Of a stretch of DNA of 64,000 bases, positions 27,277-39,544 are shown piece by piece. The notes under the pieces were generated by a model. That model did not search any database, had not been told where the DNA came from, and saw only the letters and a program-made list of their open reading frames with translations. A program made the translations under genes and the position numbers. The DNA comes from an uncultured delta proteobacterium (GTDB lineage Bacteria; Desulfobacterota; Desulfobacteria; Desulfobacterales; JAHEIW01), in NCBI GenBank assembly GCA_963706575.1, contig CAVPNL010000001.1, positions 320,001 through 384,000 of the forward strand. The letters are read 5' to 3'. Positions within the stretch are counted from its first letter, which is position 1; every line of letters begins with the position of its first letter.

Positions 27277-28251
27277 TTATTTCTGGAAATATTTCTTCAG
27301 TTGCGGGCCTTCTTTGGGGCTGACTTGCATGACCTTGTCCCAGCCGGCTTTATAGGCCGTCTCCAAAAAAGTTTTGTTAACATCCGGTGAGAAGGTGATG
27401 GTCTTAATTCCCGCAGCAGCCTGTTTTTGCGCTTCTTCTTTGTTGATTCTGGCGTTTTCAGCATTCAGACTTTCAAGCCATGTGCCCATTTTTTCGAGAA
27501 ATGCCTGCTGTTCGGGCGTCAGACTGTTCCATTTTTTCAGATTAATGAGGACATTGACATCCACTTCATAAAAACCGGGATCGACGCGGTATTTGGTGAC
27601 TTCCTGCCAGCCGAGATCCAGAATCCCTTGGATCGGCCAGCCATATCCATCGACCACACCCCGTTCCAGGGCGGTATAGACCTCACCTGGGGCTGTACGG
27701 GTTACCGTTGCGCCCAGTTTAACAAAAAAGGCGCGATAAACCGGGGTAACGCGGATTTTTAAGTCCGTTAGATCGGGTTTGTCGATCTTTTTTGTCAGGT
27801 AAAGATGAAACGGCGTGCCATCGCCCTGACGGGCCAGAAAATAGGAGTTTAATTTTTCGTTGTGAAGTTTATTGATATACTCCCAGCCGCCGGTTTTGCG
27901 CAGTTCCTGGATCGTGTGCTCGGTTAGCTTTAGCGCATCAGCTTCGGGCATCAGATTGGTATAAAATGCCCCGGTTACATTGGCTACATCTACGACACCG
28001 CCGCGCACGGCGTTGCCGACTTCAAAAGGGCTCATTACTTTACCGCCACCGCCGATATAATTAATCTGAACAAGTCCTTTGCCTTCCTTGTTGACTTTTT
28101 CCACGAAGCGTTCGAAGTTCTTAGAGTAGCGTGTGCCCTCTGCAAAAGCGCTGACGCCTTTTAGAGTCACTTCTTTGGCAGCTACTCCACCGACAGTCAG
28201 AAAACACATTATAAAAAATAAAAAACTGATTTTTAAAGATTTTCTACTCAT
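27277..28251 (-). CDS. dctP: TRAP substrate-binding protein
   Basis: Signal peptide; LKIR and EVYTALERGVVDG. Confidence 0.92.
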   Translation of the reverse strand: MSRKSLKISFLFFIMCFLTVGGVAAKEVTLKGVSAFAEGTRYSKNFERFVEKVNKEGKGLVQINYIGGGGKVMSPFEVGNAVRGGVVDVANVTGAFYTNLMPEADALKLTEHTIQELRKTGGWEYINKLHNEKLNSYFLARQGDGTPFHLYLTKKIDKPDLTDLKIRVTPVYRAFFVKLGATVTRTAPGEVYTALERGVVDGYGWPIQGILDLGWQEVTKYRVDPGFYEVDVNVLINLKKWNSLTPEQQAFLEKMGTWLESLNAENARINKEEAQKQAAAGIKTITFSPDVNKTFLETAYKAGWDKVMQVSPKEGPQLKKYFQK

Positions 28252-28500
28252 TTGACATTCTCCTTTTCTATCCGCACACCAGCAATGTTAGCATAGCGTT
28301 CTGTGGGTTGATGGGTGTCGATCGTTTATATTGAAAACATTCGATTGCATTCAGACAAGTGGGGCATTGATGAATCGAAATTGGTTTCTTTGCGGCAAGA
28401 TGGCTGAATCCAGACGGTGATTTGACCGAATTGACGATTGACCGGGTTGGTCGCAATTGTGTTTGGGTTGAGTCACATTGTCCTGCATGAAATTTAAAAT

Positions 28501-28656
28501 ATACGATTAGTATACAGAATGTACCCCCCGAATAAACATATCTAAAAATAGGTGTCAAGGGAATTTTCTAGCGGTATTTTAGACGATTGAATTTTTACTT
28601 GACACCTGTTAGGTGATATGGTTTTTAAATGGGTACACTCTGTATACAAATAGTAT
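28501..28656. promoter_or_regulatory. Back-to-back mirror-image promoters with GTATAC operators for dctP and padE
   Basis: 28501-28558 (reverse complement) and 28599-28656 align without gaps, 44/58 identical; both begin TTGACACCT and contain GGGTACAYTCTGTATAC. Confidence 0.75.
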
Positions 28657-28677
28657 GTTAGGGGCCAGGAAGCACAA

Positions 28678-29235
28678 ATGTATGAAATTCGGATTCATGG
28701 AAGAGGTGGGCAGGGGGCTGTTATGGCCGCCAAGATTTTAGCCAAGGCGCTTGTTGATGAGGGTAAAGTGGCCAAAGCAATTCCCTCTTTCGGCTTTGAG
28801 CGCCGCGGCGCTCCGGTGGAGGCTTATTTACGATTTGATGACCGGCCAATTCGGCAGATTACCAACATCTATCATCCGGATTGTATCATCTGTCTGGATC
28901 CGACATTGGGGCGTGCGGTTGATATCTTCCAGGGTATGAATCCAGATGGTGTCTGGGTTCAGGCCACCAAAAAAAGTATTGATCAATTGCCAGTTCCAGA
29001 TTCCGTGTCCAAAGTGGGCCTGTGCGATGCGGTCGGCATTGCGTTGGAACTCTTCCAGAGACCGATTACCAACACCATTATGCTGGGGGTTTTAGCCAAA
29101 ACCACCGGAATGGTGTCGTTGGATTCCTTGCACAAGGGCATGGAAACGGTTGCTTTTCGTGACGCCATGCTGGATCAGAACATCGAGGCCGTCCAGCGCG
29201 GGTACCATGAGACCCATGTGCATCGCACGCGTTAA
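28678..29235 (+). CDS. padE: Phenylglyoxylate:acceptor oxidoreductase gamma subunit
   Basis: EIRIHGRGGQG and FGFERRGAPV; gene order gamma-delta-alpha-epsilon-beta as in padEFGHI. Confidence 0.8.
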   Translation: MYEIRIHGRGGQGAVMAAKILAKALVDEGKVAKAIPSFGFERRGAPVEAYLRFDDRPIRQITNIYHPDCIICLDPTLGRAVDIFQGMNPDGVWVQATKKSIDQLPVPDSVSKVGLCDAVGIALELFQRPITNTIMLGVLAKTTGMVSLDSLHKGMETVAFRDAMLDQNIEAVQRGYHETHVHRTR

Positions 29236-29316
29236 ATAATCAAATTGAATTTGTTGCTTTGGGATTACCGGACCGGTTCAGGGATCGGGCCCCAATAATA
29301 TTTGAAAGGGTTACGA

Positions 29317-29610
29317 ATGAAACGCCAGGCGAAAAAGCCATTTGATGAATCAACCATACCCAATGACCTTTGTCCGATTGCCACCAAGCACATCGACCTT
29401 AAAACCGGCGATTGGCGGGCCGAGCGACCGCTGGTGGACCGAGACAAGTGCGTTAAATGCGGTACCTGCTGGTTGTATTGTCCGACGCAATGTGTTCAGG
29501 AGAAAAAACGCTGGTTCGAGGCCAATTTAGATATATGCAAGGGGTGCGGCGTCTGTGCCAAAGAATGCCCGCATCATGCCATTAACATGCGTGAGGAAAA
29601 AGAGGAGTAG
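29317..29610 (+). CDS. padF: Delta subunit, 2x[4Fe-4S] ferredoxin
   Basis: TGDWR, CVKCGTCWLYCP, CKGCGVCAKECP. Confidence 0.8.
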   Translation: MKRQAKKPFDESTIPNDLCPIATKHIDLKTGDWRAERPLVDRDKCVKCGTCWLYCPTQCVQEKKRWFEANLDICKGCGVCAKECPHHAINMREEKEE

Positions 29611-29613
29611 ACA

Positions 29614-30817
29614 ATGCCCCAAACGATTGTATGTGATGGAAATGAAGCTGCTGCCTGGGGAGTTGCCCGGTCACGGCCGGACATGGTCGCCGTTTTTCCC
29701 ATCACGCCGCAATCATCGCTGGCTGAATATATTTCGCAGTTTGTTGCTGACGGTATTATTCAGGCTGACCTGATGGATGTGGAAGGTGAGCACAGCGTGC
29801 TTTCCGTTCTGCAGGGCGCCTGCCTGGCCGGGGCGCGCACATTTACTGCCACTTGCGGTCAGGGACTGGCGTTTATGTTTGAACCGTACTTTCGGACACC
29901 GCCGCTGAGGCTACCCATCGTCATGTCAATTGTTACGCGGGACGGGATTACGCCCCAAAGCGTGTGGGGCGGTCAGCAGGATGCCATGACCGTGCGTGAG
30001 GTTGGATGGATCCAGATGTTCTGCGAAAACAACCAGGAGATCCTGGATACCATTATTATGGCTTATAAGATCGCCGAAAACCGCGATGTCATGCTGCCGG
30101 TCAATGTCTGCCACGATGGAAACTATTTATCCTATGGTGTTGAAAAGGTTGAAATTCCCGATCAGGCGGATGTGGATAAATTTTTAGGTGAAAAAAACAC
30201 CAACTGGCATGTTGCACTGGATCCGGAAAGGCCCATGGCGGTTGACCCCCTCACCGGAGGCGCCACCGGTGCCGGGCCGGCAATGTTTGTCCGGTATCGC
30301 AAGGGAACCTGCAAGGGCATGCAAAATGCCTTGAGGGTCATCAGCGACGTTCATGCGGAATGGGAAAAACGGTTCGGGCGCAGCTACGCACCGCTGGTGG
30401 AAGAATATCAGTTGGATGGTGCTGAATTTGCGATTGTGACCATCGGCGGCATGACGGGTGCCGCCAGAGAAGCCGTGGATCTTGCCAGGGATGAGGGTGA
30501 AAAAGTCGGTCTCATCCGGGTCAAGACGTTTCGGCCTTATCCGCAGCAGGCGATGTTGGCTGCGATTTCCAAGGTAAAGGCCATCGGCGTTGTGGATCGA
30601 AGCTGTATCTTTCGGATGGAACTCGGGTCCGGTTTTTCAGGAATTGCTGGGCAGCCTTTATCGCTTGCCGCAACGGATTCCTGCCATCAGTTTTATCGGC
30701 GGATTGGCCGGAGCAGACATTACCATCGACCATTTTCGAGAGGTGATTGCAACCACTTCACAGGCGCTCAAGGGTAAAGTGCCGGATGAACCGGTCTGGA
30801 TCAATGAAAACGAATAA
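29614..30817 (+). CDS. padG: Alpha subunit (+1 frameshift near 30604)
   Basis: GNEAAA, FPITPQS, EGEHS; removing one base restores DRSVSFGWNSGP...GGLAGADIT to the stop at 30817. Confidence 0.78.
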
Positions 30818-30836
30818 ACTTAAAGAAAAAGAAAAC

Positions 30837-32101
30837 ATGTCTCAGGCTAAATATCTCATCGTCGGCGGCAGCCATGCCGGGCTTTCTGCTCTGGAAGCTA
30901 TCCGGCTTGCAGGATGAAGACGGGCAAATTACGATGGTGTCTCGCGAGCAAACGCTGCCGTATTCACCCACGATTTTGCCCTATGTCATCTCCGGCAAAA
31001 AACAGGCCGACGCCATTTTACTGCGGGATCAATCCTATTTCACTGATCTTGACGTCCGATTTATGCCGGATAGCGCCGTTGTTGCGGTGGATCCAACCAA
31101 AGAAACAGTGACCCTCGAATCCGGTGAAACCATTCAGTATGAGAAACTATTGCTGGCCACCGGCGCAGATGCTGCAGTGCCGCCATTTTCCGGAATAGAC
31201 ACTGTGCCATATCAGGTGGTTCGAACCCTGGACGATGCCTTGAAGCTGCGAAAATCTATTCAGGCTGCAAAATCCGCCATTGTCATCGGAGCCGGGCTGA
31301 TCGCCATGCATACCGCCGAGAATCTGGCTCGGGCCGGTATCGCGGTAACCATGGTGGTTCGTCGACAGGTGTCGTTGTTTGCGTATTTTGACGGAGACGC
31401 GGCACGCATGATTGAAACCATATTCTGCGAAAACGGCGTCAGCATTGCTACTGGAAGCGGGGTTGCCAGCGTGGCTTCAGCAGGGGCGGGCTGTAAAGTG
31501 ACACTGGAATCCGGCAAGGTATTGTCAGCGGACCTGCTATTGCTTGCCGCCGGTGTGCGGCCGCGCGTAGGCTTTTTGAGACGGTTCGGGCATCGACAGT
31601 CGACCTGGGTATCCTCGTTAATGAGACCATGCGCACGAACGTCGAGAATATCTGGGCAGCCGGGGATGTTGTCCAGGCGCCCGGTTTTTTTGATGATGGC
31701 AAGACCATCAATGCCACCCTGCCGAATGCCTCGGTGCAGGGCCGCATTGCCGGTATGGACATGGTGGACGATCCGGCCTTGAAACCGTATCTGGGCAGCA
31801 GTGGTTTAAACACATTTAATTTTTTCGATAACCATGGATTTTCGTCGGACTGGCAACAGTGACTGATTCGACCGATGAGATTGAAGTCAATACGATCTAT
31901 CTGCCCAGTAGCCGGCAATACCAGAAACTGGTGTTTAAGAATGACCGGCTTATCGGCGTTTCGGCCATTAACGCCGAGCTCGACCCCGGTGTTTTGAGGG
32001 AGTTGATTCAGCGCGAGATTAATCTGGCTGAGATCAAAGACCAGTTTACCAGTGACCCGCTGGATACGGGTAGGTTGTTGATGACAAAACTCTGGCGTTA
32101 G
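30837..32101 (+). CDS. padH: NAD(P)/FAD oxidoreductase epsilon subunit (about 4 indels)
   Basis: ATG 30837 MSQAKYLIVGGSHAG; LLLATGA, VIGAGLIA and IWAAGDV motifs spread over shifting frames. Confidence 0.75.
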
Positions 32102-32158
32102 CTTTCGGTGCCTCAATAGGCCAATTTTCAATTTTCAATTTTTTAAAGGAGTCAACCC

Positions 32159-33493
32159 GTGGGAAAAGGGTACAATACCATTGCTTTTTATCCGGACAAA
32201 TGTGACGGCTGCAACGATTGTGTAAAAACATGTGCCTATCTGCATACCGAAAGCGTGGATCCTGCGCATTCACGCATTAAAATCGTATCGGATTCAATCG
32301 AGAAATCCTATGGAATTGCCCAGTGCCGACAGTGTGGAGAGCCGCGCTGTGTGCAGGACTGCCCGGCCAAGGCATTGAGTAAAAATGAAGATACGGGTGT
32401 GATTCAGTGGGATGAGGCCAGATGCGTCAATTGTCAGCTCTGTACCCTGGCATGTTCCTATGCCGGGATCACGTATAATTTCAAGGGCCGGCCATGTCAT
32501 GAAATGCGATCATTGCGATGGAGATCCCGGCTGTGTCAAGGCCTGTAAGCCGGGCGCCCTGGAATACGTTACCACCGCCGACATTTACAACAAATGGGGT
32601 GAACTGGAAGATCTTTTTGTTCCGGGGCTTTCGGCCTGCCTGGGGTGTAATTCCGAGCTTTTGATTCGTCACAGTTTGCGAAGAATCGGACCCAACACCG
32701 TTGTCGCAACCCCACCGGGATGTATTCCCGGGGTCGGCACGGTTGGGGTAAACGGCCTGACAGGGACCAAAACCCCGGTGTTCCATCCCCTGTTAACCAA
32801 TACGGCATCCATGCTGGCCGGTGCACGGCGCTATTATAATCGCATTGGGCGAGATGTGACCATGCTGGCCCTTGCGGGAGACGGCGGCACCGCTGATGTC
32901 GGATTTCAATCGCTTTCGGGAGCCGCCGAGCGTGGCGAACAGATGATTTATATCTGTGTGGACAATGAGGGTTACATGAATACCGGTGTCCAGCGTTCCA
33001 GTACGACACCTTTTGGTGCCTGGACTTCAACAACGCCCGTCGGGTCGAATTTGCGTGGAAAGACCCGTGACTCCAAAGTATATGCCGATCATTATGTTGA
33101 TGCATAATTGTGAATATGTCGCAACGGCCTCAACGGCTTTTATGGAAGATTATTACGCCAAGCTGGATAAGGCCATGCAGGCATCCAAAACGCGGTATGG
33201 CCTATCTGCATGTGTTCTCGCCCTGTCCAACCGGTTGGCGGTTTCCCCCGAATCTGTTGATCGAAATCGGACGCAAGGCGGTCGAGGCAAATTTGGTGCC
33301 TTTGTGGGAATATTCGGTCGAGACAGGCAGGCTCCAATTTACCCATTCCATTGACAACCCGCTGCCGGTGAAAGAGTTTTTATCTTTGATCGGAAAATAC
33401 CGTCACTTAAATCAATCTGAAATTGACCATATTCAGAAGACCGCCGAACAACGTCTTGAGATGCTTGTCAGCTTTGAACACCAGAAGGCCTGA
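32159..33493 (+). CDS. padI: Beta subunit with N-terminal ferredoxin domains (3 frameshifts)
   Basis: MGKGYNTIAFYPDKCDGC, ACLGCNSEL, VFHPLLTNTA, GDGG...DNEGYMNTG (TPP), SPCPTGW; matches PadI architecture. Confidence 0.82.
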
Positions 33494-33833
33494 ATCCACT
33501 TCAGGTCACCTTCAACCAAGTTTGAAAGCGCTAACCATCCATTGGGGCCGTACTCTCGCCGGAAATGATAAAGACACGCGGATGCCATTTTTCCGTTGAC
33601 AGGCCTAATTCCTAATATTAATAAACATATTAGATCTTTAGAAACCTAACCGAAAGTAAATGATTCCTTAATCTATGCTTTTTCTATCGCATTTCTTTCT
33701 GGATGATGCCCTTTGTAACCCTTTTAAAAAGGTTACCTCTTAGGAGACTCATAGCTTGAAACAGAAGCGGAATTGGCAGGATTTGCTTTTTTGATTTACG
33801 GTACAAAAAGCCATCAATAACAAGGAGATATCA

Positions 33834-34256
33834 ATGAATGTTAACAAAATCGATCATATCTGCATCGCCGTTAAAAATCTTGATGAGGCCAGAAAAGTAT
33901 GGGAGCCGGCGTTGGGAAAATCCAGGCCGGACGATGAATACATTGATGAGCCGGAAAAAATCAAGGTTGCCAGATATTGGCTTGGCGAGGTGGGGTTTGA
34001 GCTGATGGAGTCCACGGCCCCGGACGGTGATGTCGCTAAGTTTATTGAAAAAAGAGGCGAGGGAGTCATGCTCATCAGCCTCAATGTTGATAATACCCGT
34101 GAAGCCATGGAAGAATTAACGGCAAAAGACTACCCCATTATCGGCGGCATCCGGTCTTTCAGGGACTGTGAGTTTGCATTCGTCCATCCCAAGAAAATGA
34201 ATGGGGTCCTCCTTGAATTTATCGATTATAAATGGCGCGAGTTTGAAGATCGCTAA
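33834..34256 (+). CDS. VOC/glyoxalase family, methylmalonyl-CoA epimerase-like
   Basis: IDHICIAV, ELMES, FIEKRGEG, FVHPKKMNGVLLE. Confidence 0.8.
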   Translation: MNVNKIDHICIAVKNLDEARKVWEPALGKSRPDDEYIDEPEKIKVARYWLGEVGFELMESTAPDGDVAKFIEKRGEGVMLISLNVDNTREAMEELTAKDYPIIGGIRSFRDCEFAFVHPKKMNGVLLEFIDYKWREFEDR

Positions 34257-34280
34257 TGCTTAGCAGATTACACCTTTTAT

Positions 34281-34341
34281 TCGTGGCTGGAAGCCACTCC
34301 CACCTCTCGGTGTCAAATGTGGGAGCGGCATCTTGCCGCGA
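34281..34341. repeat. Inverted pair of GTGG-type REP sequences (REPIN-like)
   Basis: TCGTGGCTGGAAGCCACTCCCAC ... GTGGGAGCGGCATCTTGCCGCGA. Confidence 0.7.
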
Positions 34342-34362
34342 TATTTGAGAGGAGTTATCAAA

Positions 34363-35544
34363 ATGACGATATCGAATAAAATAGAGGATATTATTTCCAG
34401 GGCGTCTTTTATTCGCAAAATGTTTGAAGAAGGGGCGCAGTTGAAGGCCGAATACGGCGCCGAAAACGTTTATGATTTCAGCCTGGGTAATCCCAATCTG
34501 CCGCCGCCCGAAAAATTCAACGAATTACTCAGAGACACGGTGGATTCATGCGGGTTGGGCGATCACTGTTATATGCCCAATACCGGGTATCCGATGGTGT
34601 GTGGTTCTGTAGCTGATTATCTCGCTGAAGAACAGCAGGCGCCGGTTACCGATAAGGAAGTGATGATGACCTGCGGTGCATCGGGGGCGCTGAACGTTGC
34701 CTTAAAAACAATTCTTGATCCTGGAGATGAAGTTCTCACGCCTATGCCTTGTTTTGTCGAATATAAATTCTATGCCGATAATCATGGTGGCACACTGAAA
34801 ACCGTTGCCACCAAACCCGACTTCCAGCTCGACCTCGACGCCCTGTCCGAGGCCATAAACAAAAAAACCAAAGCGGTATTGATCAATTCGCCCAATAATC
34901 CGACCGGGCAAGTTTATCCGGAAGAAGATCTGGTGGCCCTCGGTGAGCTGCTGGAGAAAAAGGGCAAAGAATACAATCGCACCATTTATTTAATCTCCGA
35001 TGAGCCCTATCGCAAAATCGTTTACGATGGTGTTCAGGTTCCGAGCATCTTTACCAGTTATAAAAACAGTATAATCGGCACTTCCTATTCCAAGGATATT
35101 TCTATTCCCGGAGAACGCATCGGCTTTATTGCGGTAAATCCGGCGGCGACATATAAAAAGGATTTGGTTGCCGGCATTGCAGTGGCCAATCGGATTCTGG
35201 GGTTTGTCAATGCGCCGGCCCTGATGCAACGGGTTGTCGCCTGTATGCAGGGAATGAGTGTGGAAATAGCCGAATACGCCCGGAAGAGAGAAATACTGTG
35301 TGATGGACTGGCGGGTTTTGGATACGAATTTATCAAGCCGCTGGGGACGTTTTACCTTTTTCCACGTTCACCGATTGCGGATGACGTTAAATTCGCGGAT
35401 GCCTTAAAAGATGAACGCGTGCTGGTGGTGCCGGGGAGTGGCTTTGACGGCCCCGGTCATTTCCGTATTGCATTTTGTGTGGATGATGACGTGATTCAGA
35501 ATTCAATGCCGGGTTTTGAACGGGCGATCAAAAAATTTAAATAG
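34363..35544 (+). CDS. Class I/II PLP aminotransferase (aspartate aminotransferase-like)
   Basis: INSPNNPTG, SDEPY, SYSKDISIPGERIG. Confidence 0.92.
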   Translation: MTISNKIEDIISRASFIRKMFEEGAQLKAEYGAENVYDFSLGNPNLPPPEKFNELLRDTVDSCGLGDHCYMPNTGYPMVCGSVADYLAEEQQAPVTDKEVMMTCGASGALNVALKTILDPGDEVLTPMPCFVEYKFYADNHGGTLKTVATKPDFQLDLDALSEAINKKTKAVLINSPNNPTGQVYPEEDLVALGELLEKKGKEYNRTIYLISDEPYRKIVYDGVQVPSIFTSYKNSIIGTSYSKDISIPGERIGFIAVNPAATYKKDLVAGIAVANRILGFVNAPALMQRVVACMQGMSVEIAEYARKREILCDGLAGFGYEFIKPLGTFYLFPRSPIADDVKFADALKDERVLVVPGSGFDGPGHFRIAFCVDDDVIQNSMPGFERAIKKFK

Positions 35545-35681
35545 AATCCTTCTCAAAAATGCCTTTTGTAGTAATGTCTTTGCTGGAGCCTAGTTTCATA
35601 TCCTTGATTGATACGAATAATGAATTACCTTTATGGTTGTTCCACACCCGGCTGATTGTTTTCGCATAGAGGAGAGGGGAG

Positions 35682-36155
35682 ATGGATAAAGATAAATTGT
35701 TGGAAGGCAAACGCCTACTGATTGTAGACGATGAGCCCGATGTTTTGGATACGCTCGAAGATTTGCTGCCGATGTGCAGCATTACAAGGGCCGCCACATA
35801 TAATCAGGCCAAGACCTTACTGGAAGAACAATATTTTGACATGGCCATTTTGGATATTATGGGCGTCGAGGGATACGAATTGTTGAAGATTTGTAACCAG
35901 AAACGCGTCATCGGTGTGATGCTGACGGCCTATGCCGTGACGCCGGAAAATATCAAAAAGTCATACGAAGATGGGGCCGCCTCCTTCGTTCCCAAAGAGG
36001 AGATGCACAACATCACCACATTTTTAACCGACATTTACGAAGCCAAAGAAAAGGGTAAGAGTTTATGGTGGCGCTGGTTTGACCGGCTGGCCGATTATTG
36101 TGAACGCAAGTTCGGACCTGACTGGCAAAAGGAACACGGCTTTAAGGTGAGATAA
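35682..36155 (+). CDS. Response regulator receiver protein
   Basis: LIVDDE, ILDIMG, MLTA, VPK. Confidence 0.88.
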   Translation: MDKDKLLEGKRLLIVDDEPDVLDTLEDLLPMCSITRAATYNQAKTLLEEQYFDMAILDIMGVEGYELLKICNQKRVIGVMLTAYAVTPENIKKSYEDGAASFVPKEEMHNITTFLTDIYEAKEKGKSLWWRWFDRLADYCERKFGPDWQKEHGFKVR

Positions 36156-36360
36156 AAACAAATATCTGCAATTGAATTCCTTACAATTCATTCTTCGATT
36201 CGGATTGCCTGCCCGCCATCGTCATGCCACAAAGGTGATAGCGGCGGGTCGTTTCCCGTCATGACGTGTCCCCCCACGCCATGAACTGTCCCCCTGGGGC
36301 CATGAACTGCCTGCCGCGGCGAAGCTCAACAGAGCGAAGAGGCGTCGTTTTCCGCCATGA

Positions 36361-36587
36361 GCCGGCAAAGAAGTGAATTGCGTTGGTATCCTATTCACCC
36401 TTGAGGGGACCCCTGGAAGGGCACGCCATCCTGATCGATCTCTGCTTCGCCGCACCCAAATATTCATCGGTGGGTCCTCGGTTACGTCCTTGTTCCAGTC
36501 GTATTGAATTTCGGTGCCGATGCGAATCTGCCGGTCCAGGAGCAGGTCCGGGGTTCGGGTGCCCTCATCGGTGGGCAAGATGTCTAT
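36361..36587 (-). pseudogene. Degraded C-terminal fragment of an OmpP1/FadL-type outer-membrane transporter
   Basis: Across shifting frames: RTPDLLLDRQIRIGTEIQYDWNKDVT, GEAEIDQDGVPFQG, LKGE*DTNAIHFFA; recognised by resemblance only. Confidence 0.45.
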
Positions 36588-37014
36588 TGAGCGCGGCTAA
36601 TCATCTAATTTCCAAAAGCAAATCACCGGATTTGCTTTGCCGTTTTTTATTCTGGAGCAGCTTGACAAAGTGGATATAGATGCATAAGTTATTAATTAAA
36701 TTGACTATCGCAACATTTCTCTTTTCTACTTTTTAACTAACACCGGTTTGAATTTAGCCGGAGCTGGCCTCGCAACAGCCAACCACATTGCGCCCTATCA
36801 TTTGTTGATTTATTTCGGAAGATTACATTCTTTATCATTCTTTTCAAGAAAGACTTGATGCCATCAATCGCATTTACGATCGCTTTGGAAGGCAGGCTCG
36901 GGTAACAGCTTTTTCTTAGTGAAGGTGTAACCACCATGGTAGCTTTGTTAGATAGACGCAATGCGAAGCGTCACGGTTGCGATGGAGAAATAATTTAAAA
37001 GGAGAATTTGCACC

Positions 37015-37302
37015 ATGAAACTCAGACCATTACAGGATCGAATTTTAGTTCGACGGGCTAAAGAAGAGGAAAAAACAAAAGGTGGGATCATCATCCCGGA
37101 TACGGCCAAAGAAAAACCGATTGAAGGCAAAGTGATTGCTGCCGGCAATGGTAAAATCAGCGAAGAGGGAAAGCGAACAGCGCTTGAAGTCAAGAAAGGC
37201 GATCGGATTCTGTTCGGCAAATATTCGGGAACTGAAGTAACAATAGAGGGTGAAGAATGCCTTATCATGCGCGAGGATGACGTGCTTGGCGTCATCGAAT
37301 AA
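37015..37302 (+). CDS. groES: Co-chaperonin GroES
   Basis: [23 protein letters not shown]. Confidence 0.98.
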   Translation: MKLRPLQDRILVRRAKEEEKTKGGIIIPDTAKEKPIEGKVIAAGNGKISEEGKRTALEVKKGDRILFGKYSGTEVTIEGEECLIMREDDVLGVIE

Positions 37303-37321
37303 CAATTAAAATGGAGGTTAA

Positions 37322-38965
<1,644 letters not shown>

Positions 38966-39202
38966 ACCTCCGTCATTCCATAGCGTTTATGGTGGACATG
39001 ATGCAGGCCGATATTGCTTGTGAACCACTGTCGTACTTTGGGCAGCCGAATGAGAAGTTACCTTCATAAAGCGATAGCCAAGCTGGCTACCACCATAATC
39101 GCTAAAATGGCCAGATTGGGAAGAACGACGCTACGGTGCTCATTCTTCCCTTACCACTCGTGTAAATAGCGCCGGGCAATCAGTATAGCCTGATTTGCCT
39201 CG

Positions 39203-39544
39203 TTAATAACGCCCTCTGCCGCGTCGATCTCCCCCTCCGCGTCGATCTCTGTCCCCTTTTCTATCACGCGCTTCTTTTTTGTCTTTACCGCGACGGCTGT
39301 CAGCATGAGGTCGAGCCTCATTGACGGTAATCGTTCTCCCTTTCAAGGCCTTCCCATTTAAAACTTCGATTGCAGACTGAGCCTCAGCTTGAAAGGGCAT
39401 TTCCACGAATCCAAAGCCTTTTGATCGACCACTTTGTTCATCCTTGATAACAATTGCGGACGCGACCTGCCCGAAGGCCTCAAAAGCCTGGCGCAAATCA
39501 CCTTCGGTGACATTGTATGACAGGTTGCCAACGAAAATGTTCAT
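39203..39544 (-). CDS. RRM RNA-binding protein with an RG-rich tail
   Basis: RNP2 IFVGNL, RNP1 KGFGFVEM, VNEAR. Confidence 0.93.
   Translation of the reverse strand: MNIFVGNLSYNVTEGDLRQAFEAFGQVASAIVIKDEQSGRSKGFGFVEMPFQAEAQSAIEVLNGKALKGRTITVNEARPHADSRRGKDKKEARDRKGDRDRRGGGDRRGRGRY

Noticed and set aside
28268..28558. 96-aa ORF upstream of dctP
   Set aside because: It overlaps the promoter/operator arm, and its TTG start is part of the -35 box.
29614..33493. Programmed frameshifting or selenocysteine readthrough in the pad genes
   Set aside because: Breaks are frame changes at heterogeneous, mostly non-slippery sites, not in-frame TGA codons at Cys positions.
36222..36679. GC-rich stretch as 6S or another ncRNA, or as the listed 118-aa and 98-aa ORFs
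   Set aside because: No convincing long rod structure; better explained as a frameshifted coding remnant.
36600..37014. CIRCE element upstream of groES
   Set aside because: No TTAGCACTC-N9-GAGTGCTAA match seen.
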